Below are positions 22,049 to 31,247 of a DNA stretch of 64,000 nucleotides, piece by piece. Origin of the DNA: a virus; the IMG/VR virus record IMGVR_UViG_3300035698_012128, positions 1 to 64,000 of that record. One strand, written 5' to 3'. The notes under the pieces are model-generated. The model made no database searches. It saw only the letters and a list, made by a program, of their open reading frames with translations, and had not been told where the DNA came from. The translations under genes were made by a program, and so were the position numbers. How positions within the stretch are numbered: position 1 is the stretch's first letter; each line of letters starts with the position of its first letter.

Positions 22049-23413
22049 ATGGCAACAGCGTTAGATAAATTATCACAATATGGACATAGTTTTCAAAGTA
22101 AAGTAATAGGTGGTTTATTAAATAATAGAAATTTTTTACTAAATATAGCTAATTCAGTAGATTTAGATAATTTTGAAAATAATTCACAAAAATACATAGT
22201 AGGTAAAATAATAGATTACTTTAAAGAATATAATACAGTTCCTAATAGTGATTTTATACATAATGAGATAAAAAAATTAAAAGGACATGATGTATTACAA
22301 ATAGCTATTAACTCTGAATTAAAAAAGATATATAGTTTATATGAAGAAAATGATAAAGATTATATTATTAAAGAATTTAGTAACTTTTGTGTAAATCAAC
22401 AAGTTAAAAATGCCATAATAAAATCAGCAGACTTATTAAAAGATGGAGATTATGAAACTATAAAAAAATTAATTACAGATGCCGTTACAGATATTAACGG
22501 ATATAATAAAGGACACGAATATAGATCAGATGTAGAACATAGGTACAGGGAAAATGAAAGGAAAGCTGTAGCTTTACCTTGGCCTGAATTAAATGATTTC
22601 TTTCAAGGTGGGGTGGGGGCTGGTGATTTAATGTTGGTATTTGGTAATCCTGGGGGAGGTAAAAGTTGGTTATGTATATCAATAGTGTGCGAAGCCTTAA
22701 GACAAGGTAAGAATGTTATAATATATTCACTTGAAATGAGTGAAAGCTATGTGGGGAAAAGAGTAGATGCATGTTTAACAGAAATACCGGTACAGGATTT
22801 AAAAGATAATAGAGATGTGGTGGAAAGATCCTTATCTGAAATACCAGGTAGGTTAATTATTAAATCATATCCACCTAAAAGAGCATCTCTTAATACAATA
22901 GAAGCTCATTTAGATAAATTAAAAATAACAGAAGAATTCGAACCGGACCTAGTTGTGATAGATTATCTAGATTTACTAAAATCAGATTCAAAACGTGAAA
23001 AGAAAGATGAAATAGATGATATATATTATGAAGCTAAAGGCTTAGCTGCTGATAAAGGATTCCCAATTATATCCCCTTCCCAAGTAAATAGATCAGGAGC
23101 CCAGGATAATGTTATAGAAGGAGATAAAGCAGCTGGGTCATATGATAAAAACATGATTGCTGACATAAATATATCCTATTCAAGAAAGAGGAAAGATAAA
23201 GTAGAAGGTACAGGTAGGCTTCACATCATGAAAAATAGATATGGAGATGATGGTATAGTATTTGGGGTAGATCAGGTAGATTTATCAACTGGTGCTATGC
23301 GTATTACGGGGGTAATCAGTGAAGATGATGTGGAGGCTATGAATGTAAAAGATAAAAGCTTTAATAAAGGTAATGAAGTTGGGGATGCTTGGAAGTCTTG
23401 GTCTAGTAAGTGA
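22049..23413 (+). CDS. Replicative DnaB-like helicase
   Basis: GNPGGGKS, SLEM, VIDYLDLL, SQVNR, KNRYG. Confidence 0.92.
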   Translation: MATALDKLSQYGHSFQSKVIGGLLNNRNFLLNIANSVDLDNFENNSQKYIVGKIIDYFKEYNTVPNSDFIHNEIKKLKGHDVLQIAINSELKKIYSLYEENDKDYIIKEFSNFCVNQQVKNAIIKSADLLKDGDYETIKKLITDAVTDINGYNKGHEYRSDVEHRYRENERKAVALPWPELNDFFQGGVGAGDLMLVFGNPGGGKSWLCISIVCEALRQGKNVIIYSLEMSESYVGKRVDACLTEIPVQDLKDNRDVVERSLSEIPGRLIIKSYPPKRASLNTIEAHLDKLKITEEFEPDLVVIDYLDLLKSDSKREKKDEIDDIYYEAKGLAADKGFPIISPSQVNRSGAQDNVIEGDKAAGSYDKNMIADINISYSRKRKDKVEGTGRLHIMKNRYGDDGIVFGVDQVDLSTGAMRITGVISEDDVEAMNVKDKSFNKGNEVGDAWKSWSSK

Positions 23414-23454
23414 TATTTATCAACATAAAAATTAATTTAACCAAAATAAAATAA

Positions 23455-23691
23455 ATGAATATAAAATTTTTCACAGCAGAATGGTGCGGACCATGTAAAT
23501 CAATAAAACCCGAATTTCATTCACTAATGATTCAGTATCCCCACCATTCATATGAAATCATAGATATTGATACTAACCCACAATCAGTAATTAAAAATAA
23601 AATAAAATCCATCCCTACATTTATAGTAGATAATAATACTAGGATGGTAGGAGCACAAGGATTCAACCAATTAAAAAACATTATTAAATGA
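23455..23691 (+). CDS. trxA: Thioredoxin
   Basis: WCGPCK active site and SIPT. Confidence 0.93.
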   Translation: MNIKFFTAEWCGPCKSIKPEFHSLMIQYPHHSYEIIDIDTNPQSVIKNKIKSIPTFIVDNNTRMVGAQGFNQLKNIIK

Positions 23692-24638
23692 TAACAGAAC
23701 CAAGAGAAGCTTATAAACCATTTGAGTACGATCAAGCATTCCAGTATTTTAAAGACCAACATAGAGTGCATTGGTTAGCTGATGAAATACCTCTATCATC
23801 TGATTTGAGTGATTGGGATGAAAAATTAAACGAAAGTGAAAAAAATCTTATAGGGAACATATTAAAAAGTTTCGCCCAAACTGAATGTCATGTAAACGAC
23901 TATTGGTCCGAAAAAGTAGCAATATGGTTCCCTAAATTCGAAATACAAGCAATGGCCCGAGCATTTGCTGATTTTGAAAGTATCCATGCAGAAGCATACG
24001 CCCGATTAAATGAGGATTTGGGATTAGATGACTTTTCAGCATTTTTAGAAGATGAGGTTTCAAAAGCTAAAATTGATCGATTAGTCGAAGTACCGGGTGA
24101 AACTATGCGAGAAAAAGCACTGTCTCTCGCTATTTTCTCAGCCTTCACGGAAGGCGTTAACTTATTTAGTTCATTTGCTATCTTAATGTCTTTTCAATTA
24201 AGAAATTTAATGAAAGGAACAGGACAGATAGTGACATGGTCTGTAAGAGATGAATCTCTTCATTCAACTGCGGGGTGTTGGTTGTTTAGACAGGTAATGA
24301 AGGAATTTCCTGGATTAGATGATAATGATATGTTAATACAAGTACAAAAAGCAGCCAGATTGTCTGTTGATTTAGAAATGGATTTTATCGATAAAGCATT
24401 TGAGATGGGTGAGGTAGAAGGATTAACAAAAACCCAATTAAAAAACTATATTAAATCCCGAACTAATGAAAAGATGAGAGATTTAGGTTACAGTGATATC
24501 TACTTAGAAATTGATGACACATTACTAGCAGATATGGAATGGTTCGGACATCTGACAAGTGGAGTTGAGCATCAAGATTTCTTTGCACAAAGACCAACAT
24601 CATATGCCAAATCTACTGCGGATTGGGATGATTTATAA
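23688..24638 (+). CDS. nrdB: Ribonucleotide reductase class I beta subunit
   Basis: ESIHAEAY, EGVNLFSSF, RDESLH, DFF. Confidence 0.95.
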   Translation: MITEPREAYKPFEYDQAFQYFKDQHRVHWLADEIPLSSDLSDWDEKLNESEKNLIGNILKSFAQTECHVNDYWSEKVAIWFPKFEIQAMARAFADFESIHAEAYARLNEDLGLDDFSAFLEDEVSKAKIDRLVEVPGETMREKALSLAIFSAFTEGVNLFSSFAILMSFQLRNLMKGTGQIVTWSVRDESLHSTAGCWLFRQVMKEFPGLDDNDMLIQVQKAARLSVDLEMDFIDKAFEMGEVEGLTKTQLKNYIKSRTNEKMRDLGYSDIYLEIDDTLLADMEWFGHLTSGVEHQDFFAQRPTSYAKSTADWDDL

Positions 24639-24645
24639 TATTTAT
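24638..24645 (+). promoter_or_regulatory. Putative late-promoter motif ATATTTAT (representative copy)
   Basis: Also at 611, 4593, 5575, 7342, 7922, 8974, 10858, 18659, 23413, 29923, 35939, 41541 and 42286, each shortly upstream of a start codon. Confidence 0.65.
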
Positions 24646-24649
24646 TATT

Positions 24650-24997
24650 ATGGATAAAAAACGAATACAACATCTCGCAGGTATAAAGGAGATAAAACTT
24701 AGACCTCCAACTGATATAAGAAGGTTATTAAATAGTTTAGATGATATAATTTTAATTGACTTCTTATACTATAAGTGGGAAGCGGGGTGGAGTGATATAG
24801 TAAGGGATTTTAATCTGAATGATGACCCAGAAACATTTAATAAATTAAAACAACTACATGCAGTAAAAAGTTCTCTACTTATTAAAGTATTCGATATTAG
24901 TTGGGTCAGGGACAATATATATGATTTGCATGCCTATAATAATGTTCATCTCGTGGCACCTAACGGGGATGATATAATTATGTTAATATTCTATTAA
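24650..24997 (+). CDS. Leader-bearing array protein 1 (RIQHLAGIKE-IKL leader)
   Basis: Paralogous to the next two ORFs; ATATTTAT 4 nt before the ATG. Confidence 0.7.
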   Translation: MDKKRIQHLAGIKEIKLRPPTDIRRLLNSLDDIILIDFLYYKWEAGWSDIVRDFNLNDDPETFNKLKQLHAVKSSLLIKVFDISWVRDNIYDLHAYNNVHLVAPNGDDIIMLIFY

Positions 24998-24998
24998 A

Positions 24999-25328
24999 AT
25001 GAAAAAACTAACACAAATATTAAAAGAAATAAAATTACGTGAACCGGTACCTGTATATGAGATACTTAATTCTCTAGATCCCGTATTGTTAGTATTTTTT
25101 TTCGAATATGATTATACAATGTCTGAAGAACAGTTCATTGAGGAACATGGTGGAGATTTAAACCCTCTTGAAATTTCTCAATTGAGGAGCTTATTTAGTG
25201 TGAAATCAATGTTCCGTGTAGAAGTATTTCTTAAAGATAAATCTGAATTATTTACTAATTTAGGAGGGTATAGCAACATGCATTATATAGGTGATGATCC
25301 CGATACTTCAATTGCTATATTATATTAA
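24999..25328 (+). CDS. Leader-bearing acidic array protein 2
   Basis: MKKLTQILKE-IKLREP. Confidence 0.7.
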   Translation: MKKLTQILKEIKLREPVPVYEILNSLDPVLLVFFFEYDYTMSEEQFIEEHGGDLNPLEISQLRSLFSVKSMFRVEVFLKDKSELFTNLGGYSNMHYIGDDPDTSIAILY

Positions 25329-25337
25329 AATTAAAAA

Positions 25338-25664
25338 ATGAAAGAACTAACAAAAATATTAAAAGAAATAAGATTAAATGAACCTGTAGACATAAATTCT
25401 ATATTAGGTTCACTTCGGCCAATTGTATTATTAAGTGTATTTGAGTATGATAGTGAATTAGATGTAGAAGAGTGGATGGAAGAAAATAACGATTTACCTA
25501 ATGAAGTTAAAAGTAAAGTAAGGCAAATATTTAAGATAAAATCAAGATTTCACAAAGTAGTGATACCAAGTTCATCATCTAAAACCTTCCATAATTTAGA
25601 AGATTACCATAATATGTATTATTTCAATGATGGTGCTTGGGGAGAAATGTTATTATTCTATTAA
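25338..25664 (+). CDS. Leader-bearing acidic array protein 3
   Basis: MKELTKILKE-IRLNEP. Confidence 0.7.
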   Translation: MKELTKILKEIRLNEPVDINSILGSLRPIVLLSVFEYDSELDVEEWMEENNDLPNEVKSKVRQIFKIKSRFHKVVIPSSSSKTFHNLEDYHNMYYFNDGAWGEMLLFY

Positions 25665-25665
25665 A

Positions 25666-26031
25666 ATGATGAAACTAATACAAATATTAAAAGAAATAAA
25701 ATTACATACACCTGGGATTCCCAGAACTAATGAGGACTTATTGATATTAATGAATTCAAATTTAGATAAAGTAGCTGATTTTATAGGTGTTGAAGTTGAG
25801 GCAAAATCAAACCCTTCTGATAACCTTAATAATTACCGGGTAGACATAAATATTTCTTATGAATTAGATTCAAGACAAAATATAATTATGACCTTAGAGG
25901 ATGGAGTAGTTTTATTCTCATTAGATCTTAAAACATTTTTATTATACCCCGAAGATGAAGAAGTGGTAGATACAATGAATATTTTTGGGTTTCCTGTATT
26001 CTATCTCATTACATCAGTACTACCTTATTAA
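25666..26031 (+). CDS. Leader-bearing acidic array protein 4 (start revised from 25627)
   Basis: MMKLIQILKE-IKLHTP; ATG follows the upstream stop; close paralogue of the next ORF. Confidence 0.7.
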   Translation: MMKLIQILKEIKLHTPGIPRTNEDLLILMNSNLDKVADFIGVEVEAKSNPSDNLNNYRVDINISYELDSRQNIIMTLEDGVVLFSLDLKTFLLYPEDEEVVDTMNIFGFPVFYLITSVLPY

Positions 26032-26033
26032 TT

Positions 26034-26411
26034 ATGAAACTAATACAAATATTAAAAGAAATAAAATTACATACACCTGGGATTCCCAGAACTAATGAGG
26101 AATTATTAGAATTAATGAATTCAAATTTAGATAAAGTAGCTGGTTTTTTGGATGCCAAGATGGAAGAGAAAGCTGAAGATTCAGAGGAAGATAATGATGA
26201 TATATTATATAATTATCAGGTAAATGAAGATACTCCTTATGAATTAGATTCAAGACAAAACATATACATTTCTATAAATGATGGAAATTTTGTATTCACA
26301 TTAGACCCAAAAACACTTTTATTAGACCCTGTAGATGAAGAGCTTTTAGATATTATGAATATTTTTGGGTTTCCTGTATTTTATTTCCTCACAGCTGAAA
26401 TAGATTATTAA
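26034..26411 (+). CDS. Leader-bearing acidic array protein 5
   Basis: MKLIQILKE-IKLHTP; very D/E-rich. Confidence 0.7.
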   Translation: MKLIQILKEIKLHTPGIPRTNEELLELMNSNLDKVAGFLDAKMEEKAEDSEEDNDDILYNYQVNEDTPYELDSRQNIYISINDGNFVFTLDPKTLLLDPVDEELLDIMNIFGFPVFYFLTAEIDY

Positions 26412-26413
26412 TT

Positions 26414-27529
26414 ATGAAACTAATACAAATATTAAAAGAAATTGGACTTAATACGCAAGGAGAAAGTACATTATCACTTGGAGAAGTATTCTATATTGGC
26501 GATGATTACAAAACTATTAATTATGATATAGAAAAACTTAGAGAGTATGTTATGTCTGGATTAAAATCATTCCGAGAACAATGGGATAAAGATATAGGTG
26601 ATGGTTCTTGGAGAGAAGCACAATTTACTGATGAAGAATTGAAAGGGGTGGTAATGGAGTTTGATAACTTGTCCGAGAAATGGATTTCGTTTCTTGACCA
26701 AGTAGTGGAAAATTGTGTGATGGATCATGGAGAAGATTTAGAAGCATTAAAACTTCGAATAGATAAACAACATAATAAATTTCCTTCATATTTTAATGAT
26801 ATGTTAAATAATTATAATCAAAACGACCCACTAGATGAAATAAAACTCAATCCAGGAATTGCTAATACTATATCACTAGGTGATGTTTTTTGGGTAGGAG
26901 ATGAAAGAATATTTTATGATGAGGTGAGGTTAGAAAAATACGTATTGGCCAATATAGGATTGCTAAGTAAAGTATGGGATGAAGAAAATAATGACCCTGG
27001 CTCTTGGAAAAGAGAAAAAATAACCATAGAAGATCTAAAATCTACTATAGCCAGCTTTAATGATGGTGAACCCGAGTGGTTTAAAGTTATTAATAATTTA
27101 CACAATGAGTACGTTGAGGATTTCGGAGAAGATAAAAAACTATTTAAGTTAGAGGTTGATAAATTACATTTAGAATTTCCTTCATATTTTAATGATATGC
27201 TGAATGACTATATTCAAAACACCCCTCTAGATGAAATAAAACTTAATTCCCCACAACCATATTATCACAAATCTCAGTGGTTGGAAGATAGAGAAGAATG
27301 GGATGAGGAATCGGTGTATGATGAATGTAGTGCTGCATTCAACACTGGGGAAGAATGGTTATGTAATGCCAAAACTTTTTACTTCAGTTTATTATCAGAT
27401 ATGAAAAGTTCCTTTAATAGGGAAGAAATAAGAAGAGTAATTCATCTAGAACTATATATAAACAATCCAACAGAAAAAAATATAGATGAATTTATTGAAC
27501 AACTACGAAAATTAGGTATGATAAAATGA
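26414..27529 (+). CDS. Leader-bearing three-unit polyprotein-like array protein 6
   Basis: MKLIQILKE-IGLN; two internal FPSYFNDMLN..Y.QN.PLDE-IKLN junctions. Confidence 0.7.
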   Translation: MKLIQILKEIGLNTQGESTLSLGEVFYIGDDYKTINYDIEKLREYVMSGLKSFREQWDKDIGDGSWREAQFTDEELKGVVMEFDNLSEKWISFLDQVVENCVMDHGEDLEALKLRIDKQHNKFPSYFNDMLNNYNQNDPLDEIKLNPGIANTISLGDVFWVGDERIFYDEVRLEKYVLANIGLLSKVWDEENNDPGSWKREKITIEDLKSTIASFNDGEPEWFKVINNLHNEYVEDFGEDKKLFKLEVDKLHLEFPSYFNDMLNDYIQNTPLDEIKLNSPQPYYHKSQWLEDREEWDEESVYDECSAAFNTGEEWLCNAKTFYFSLLSDMKSSFNREEIRRVIHLELYINNPTEKNIDEFIEQLRKLGMIK

Positions 27530-28089
27530 TGAAACTAACAAAAATACTAAAAAATATACTATTAGAAGGAGAAAATTATGATTATGGTGCTGTGATATTA
27601 AATATAGATAATACACCGTTTAATCATGTTTATAGCTTCATTGAAGATAGTGAACTGTATGATGGGGATGAAATGGAGAAAGGTATTGAAGATGAACCAC
27701 ATTGTACTTTAATATATGGTTTAACCGAACCTACGGATATAACAACCATACAGAATATAATTAAAAACTATACATTTGGGAATCTAATAATAAATAACCC
27801 ATCATTATTTAAAAAGAAAGGTTATGATGTTTTAAAATTTGATGTGGTCGAAGATAATGTGAGCAATATTAATAAAAAACTACTAGAATTACCTAGTGAT
27901 AATTTATATGGTGAATACCAACCTCACATAACTATAGCATACTTAAAAAAGTTTAAGGGTGAAGCCATAATAAAAAGATTAAATAAAAAAGGTTACAACT
28001 CATTTGAAACAGTACCTACTGATGTTGTTTATTCGAGTATAGACGATACAGTTACTAATATACAAATAAGAAAAGATATAATAAAATAA
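27526..28089 (+). CDS. 2H phosphoesterase (Acb1/T4 gp57B-like candidate) with array leader
   Basis: Two HxT motifs (EPHCTLIYG, YQPHITIAY); N-terminus MMKLTKILKNILLE. Confidence 0.8.
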   Translation: MMKLTKILKNILLEGENYDYGAVILNIDNTPFNHVYSFIEDSELYDGDEMEKGIEDEPHCTLIYGLTEPTDITTIQNIIKNYTFGNLIINNPSLFKKKGYDVLKFDVVEDNVSNINKKLLELPSDNLYGEYQPHITIAYLKKFKGEAIIKRLNKKGYNSFETVPTDVVYSSIDDTVTNIQIRKDIIK

Positions 28090-28099
28090 GTAATAATAA

Positions 28100-29827
28100 A
28101 TGAGTAAAATTGAAGTATCTACCGTAGGGTGGAAACCGGGTAAAGAATACCCTGAATGGATGGATGATATAGCTTTAAGTATGGTATCTAAAGGGTATTT
28201 ATTACCCCACGAAGATGTATTTAAAGCATTTAAAAGAGTGAGTAAAGCATCAGCTAAACGCTTAAAGAAAAGAGAATTAGCCCATTACTTTGAATTGGCT
28301 ATGGTTAAAAATTGGTTATGTAGTGCATCTCCAGTTTTATCTAATATGGGAACTGAAAGGGGAATGCCTATATCATGTTTTGGTATAGATGTCGAAGATA
28401 GCATTGACGGTATTGGGGGTGCCAATTCTGAATTGATGAAATTAACATCACAAGGTGGTGGTGTAGGTATGGGTATATCCCGAATAAGAGGTAGGGGTAA
28501 AGAGATTAGAGATAATGGAGTTTCTGAAGGTGTGGTTCCGTGGGTGAAAATATATGACTCAACAATATTAGCCACCAATCAAGGTTCTGTTAGGAGAGGA
28601 GCTGCTTCTGTTAACCTAGATATTAATCACCCAGACATTGAAGAATTTTTAAATATTAGACGTCCTAAAGGAGATGTAAACCGTCAATGTCTTAATTTAC
28701 ATCAGTGTGTTGTTATAAATGATGAATTTATGGATAACCTAAGAGAGGGAGATGCTAAAGCAAAAAAAGTATGGGGAACAGTATTAAAAACAAGACTTGA
28801 AACCGGTGAACCTTATATAATGTTCGAGGATAATGTAAATAAACAAAGTCCAGAAGCCTATAAGAAGAATAACTTAAATGTTTCGATGACAAATATATGT
28901 TCTGAAATATCATTATATACAGATCCGCTACATTCATTTATATGCTGTTTATCTTCATTAAACCTAGCAAGATGGGACGAATGGAAAGAATACAAATTTG
29001 ATAATGGAATGACATTACCCGAACTAGCTAGTTGGTTTCTGGAAGGTGTATTGCAGGAATTTATTGATAGAGCAAAAAACATAAAATATATGGATAATAC
29101 AGTCCGTTCAGCTATCAAAGGTAGAGCAATTGGGATTGGTGTTTTGGGATGGCATTCATTATTACAATCAAGAAACATCCCCTTTACAGGTATCCAATCA
29201 ACTGCTTTGACTAGAGTAATATTTAAATTTATCGAAGAAGAAGCTACTAAATCATCTAAAAATCAAGCATTAGAATATGGAGAGCCTGAGTGGTGTAAGG
29301 GCACTGGATTAAGACACACTCATAATATGGCAGTAGCCCCTACAGTATCAAATGCTCATATATCTGGTGGTGTGTCACCATCAATAGAACCTATACCTGC
29401 TAATGTTTATACATTAAAGACAGCTAAAGGGACGTTTATTAAGAGAAATAGAATACTTGAAAAATTATTAGACGATAAAGGATATAATGTACCTTCTGTT
29501 TGGGAACAAATATTAAAAGATAAAGGTTCAGTACTAAATTTAGCTGATTATATTTTAAGTGATGAAGAGAAAAGTATATTTTTAACTTTCAAAGAGATAA
29601 ATCAATTAGAAATAGTCAGACAAAATGGGGTTAGACAAGAATTTGTGGACCAAGCCATATCTTTAAATTTATCATTTGACCCCGATGTATCTCCTCGAGA
29701 AATAAGTGAGATTCATAAAGAAGCGCATAGATTAGGTATAAAAACTTTATATTATCTTAGGACTGAAAGTGTTTTACGTGGGGATACATTACAAAGGATT
29801 TCTGAATGTGTCTCCTGTGAAGGATAG
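28100..29827 (+). CDS. nrdA: Ribonucleotide reductase class I alpha subunit (short, no obvious ATP cone)
   Basis: ISCF, GGGVG, TNICSEI, APTVS, KTLYY, C-terminal CVSCEG. Confidence 0.95.
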   Translation: MSKIEVSTVGWKPGKEYPEWMDDIALSMVSKGYLLPHEDVFKAFKRVSKASAKRLKKRELAHYFELAMVKNWLCSASPVLSNMGTERGMPISCFGIDVEDSIDGIGGANSELMKLTSQGGGVGMGISRIRGRGKEIRDNGVSEGVVPWVKIYDSTILATNQGSVRRGAASVNLDINHPDIEEFLNIRRPKGDVNRQCLNLHQCVVINDEFMDNLREGDAKAKKVWGTVLKTRLETGEPYIMFEDNVNKQSPEAYKKNNLNVSMTNICSEISLYTDPLHSFICCLSSLNLARWDEWKEYKFDNGMTLPELASWFLEGVLQEFIDRAKNIKYMDNTVRSAIKGRAIGIGVLGWHSLLQSRNIPFTGIQSTALTRVIFKFIEEEATKSSKNQALEYGEPEWCKGTGLRHTHNMAVAPTVSNAHISGGVSPSIEPIPANVYTLKTAKGTFIKRNRILEKLLDDKGYNVPSVWEQILKDKGSVLNLADYILSDEEKSIFLTFKEINQLEIVRQNGVRQEFVDQAISLNLSFDPDVSPREISEIHKEAHRLGIKTLYYLRTESVLRGDTLQRISECVSCEG

Positions 29828-29867
29828 TGGTGCCCTACTCGCTTATCATTTAATTTTATAACAAAAG

Positions 29868-29901
29868 AAGAACCTTTTCAAAACATTTGGAAAGGTTCTT
29901 T
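29868..29901 (+). terminator. Hairpin after nrdA (probable terminator)
   Basis: AAGAACCTTTTCAAA / TTTGGAAAGGTTCTT inverted repeat. Confidence 0.65.
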
Positions 29902-29958
29902 GAATTATAAAAATTCTTTATTATATTTATATATATAAAAAAACAAAAAAACAATTAA

Positions 29959-30765
29959 ATGATTAAACCATATTTTCTTAACATAACAAAAATCCATCTA
30001 GATGGTAATTATTCACCTGTACATTCAATAAATATGGACAATGTCAGACGAAATATTGAACAAAATAAAGAGTATATTTCCCAATATGTAAATCTTCCAT
30101 TAGGAGATAGATTAGATTATTTGTTATCAATGTATGTTGATGAAGTCCAACAAACAGATGATGTTAGTCGTTATCGCAAGATAAATTTTAAAGAGTGGGT
30201 AAATGACATAAATAATTTCATATCAGTCCAATCAGATACCAAAGATAGGTTCCAAAAATTAGCAGGAATTATCCCAGAAATTAAATTACAAGAACCTGCA
30301 GATTTAGATAGTTTGTTTGATAAAGGGGTGTTTGATGATATAATGGATCCAATTAATAAAGGATTACATACTAATATAAGAAGTGAGTTTAAAAAACATA
30401 AAAATGAGGTTGTTAATGGTGTGATGGAAGGTATAGATGAAGAAGAATTGGATGAAGAAGATGAGGATTTTGATGAGGATAAAGATTTTCTAACATCTAC
30501 TTTGACTATAATGATCTTTGGTAAATTATATATGCCTGCATTTTATGATTCTTTGGTAAGTAGTGGGTTTATATTAAAGGAGGATGAAGGTGGTGAGGTA
30601 GAATGGGAAGTACCAAATGATTGGATGAAAGAAGATGGATTATTATCTTCAAAAATGTTAACATCATATGGTATTATATGGGGGTATTGGTTCTCAGATT
30701 TAGATACTGATGAGAGAGAAAGTTTGGGTGATGTATTAGATGATGAAATACAAAATAGAAAATAA
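29959..30765 (+). CDS. Array-related protein with internal RFQKLAGIIPE-IKLQEP motif and acidic C-domain
   Basis: Motif shared with the 24650 and 41553 ORFs; EEELDEEDEDFDED tract. Confidence 0.7.
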   Translation: MIKPYFLNITKIHLDGNYSPVHSINMDNVRRNIEQNKEYISQYVNLPLGDRLDYLLSMYVDEVQQTDDVSRYRKINFKEWVNDINNFISVQSDTKDRFQKLAGIIPEIKLQEPADLDSLFDKGVFDDIMDPINKGLHTNIRSEFKKHKNEVVNGVMEGIDEEELDEEDEDFDEDKDFLTSTLTIMIFGKLYMPAFYDSLVSSGFILKEDEGGEVEWEVPNDWMKEDGLLSSKMLTSYGIIWGYWFSDLDTDERESLGDVLDDEIQNRK

Positions 30766-30772
30766 ATTAAAC

Positions 30773-30846
30773 ACGTGCGAATGTTCCTTGGCTTGGCGAA
30801 TTGGTCTCCAAAACCGATTGGGTTGGTTCGAAACCAACCGCACGTG
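30773..30846 (+). tRNA. tRNA-Trp(CCA), isolated, irregular D arm
   Basis: ACGTGCG/CGCACGT acceptor stem, TTGGT-CTCCAAA-ACCGA, GTTGG-TTCGAAA-CCAAC. Confidence 0.8.
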
Positions 30847-30872
30847 CTGGTAACAGTAAATAATTATAATTT

Positions 30873-31130
30873 ATGAAAAACAAAAAATCAAAACACCTTA
30901 AAGAAGGTCGTACAAAAGGTAATAAAAAACCCAATGCAGAAACAAGTAGACAGGTATTACCCCCACCACCACCAAAACCTCCATTAAGTAGAATTACAAG
31001 AGAAGGAGTAATTAATACTTGTGGGATCTGTCATTCATCTGTTATAAAAGATGGGTTTATGGGTATGATTGGAAGTTACGTATGTATTAATATAGAATGT
31101 AAAAATAGTAAAACATGGATGGTGAGATAA
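30873..31130 (+). CDS. Small basic protein with Pro tract and Zn-ribbon-like Cys pairs
   Basis: CGIC...CINIEC. Confidence 0.55.
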   Translation: MKNKKSKHLKEGRTKGNKKPNAETSRQVLPPPPPKPPLSRITREGVINTCGICHSSVIKDGFMGMIGSYVCINIECKNSKTWMVR

Positions 31131-31247
31131 ATGAATTAAAAAACAAAACGTTAGAGTTGAAAAACAAAGATAAACCTACTATTAACGAAGTAGAGAATAT
31201 ATTAACTATAGTAGAAAAATTGATCGAAAAATTAAAAGTTACATTAA

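Larger units (their letters stand above)
24990..27560 (+). repeat. Dispersed direct repeats at array gene junctions (ATGAAACTAATACAAATATTAAAAGAAAT and variants)
   Basis: Copies at about 24999, 25338, 25669, 26034, 26414 and 27529; the 25669 and 26034 copies are identical for about 68 nt. Confidence 0.85.

Noticed and set aside
25627-25665. Track start of the 134-aa ORF
   Set aside because: Overlaps the previous gene; the paralogue shows the start is at 25666 or 25669
24990-27560. CRISPR array or integron attC sites
   Set aside because: The repeats are in-frame coding leaders spaced 330-1100 nt apart, are not palindromic, and have no cas or integrase gene nearby
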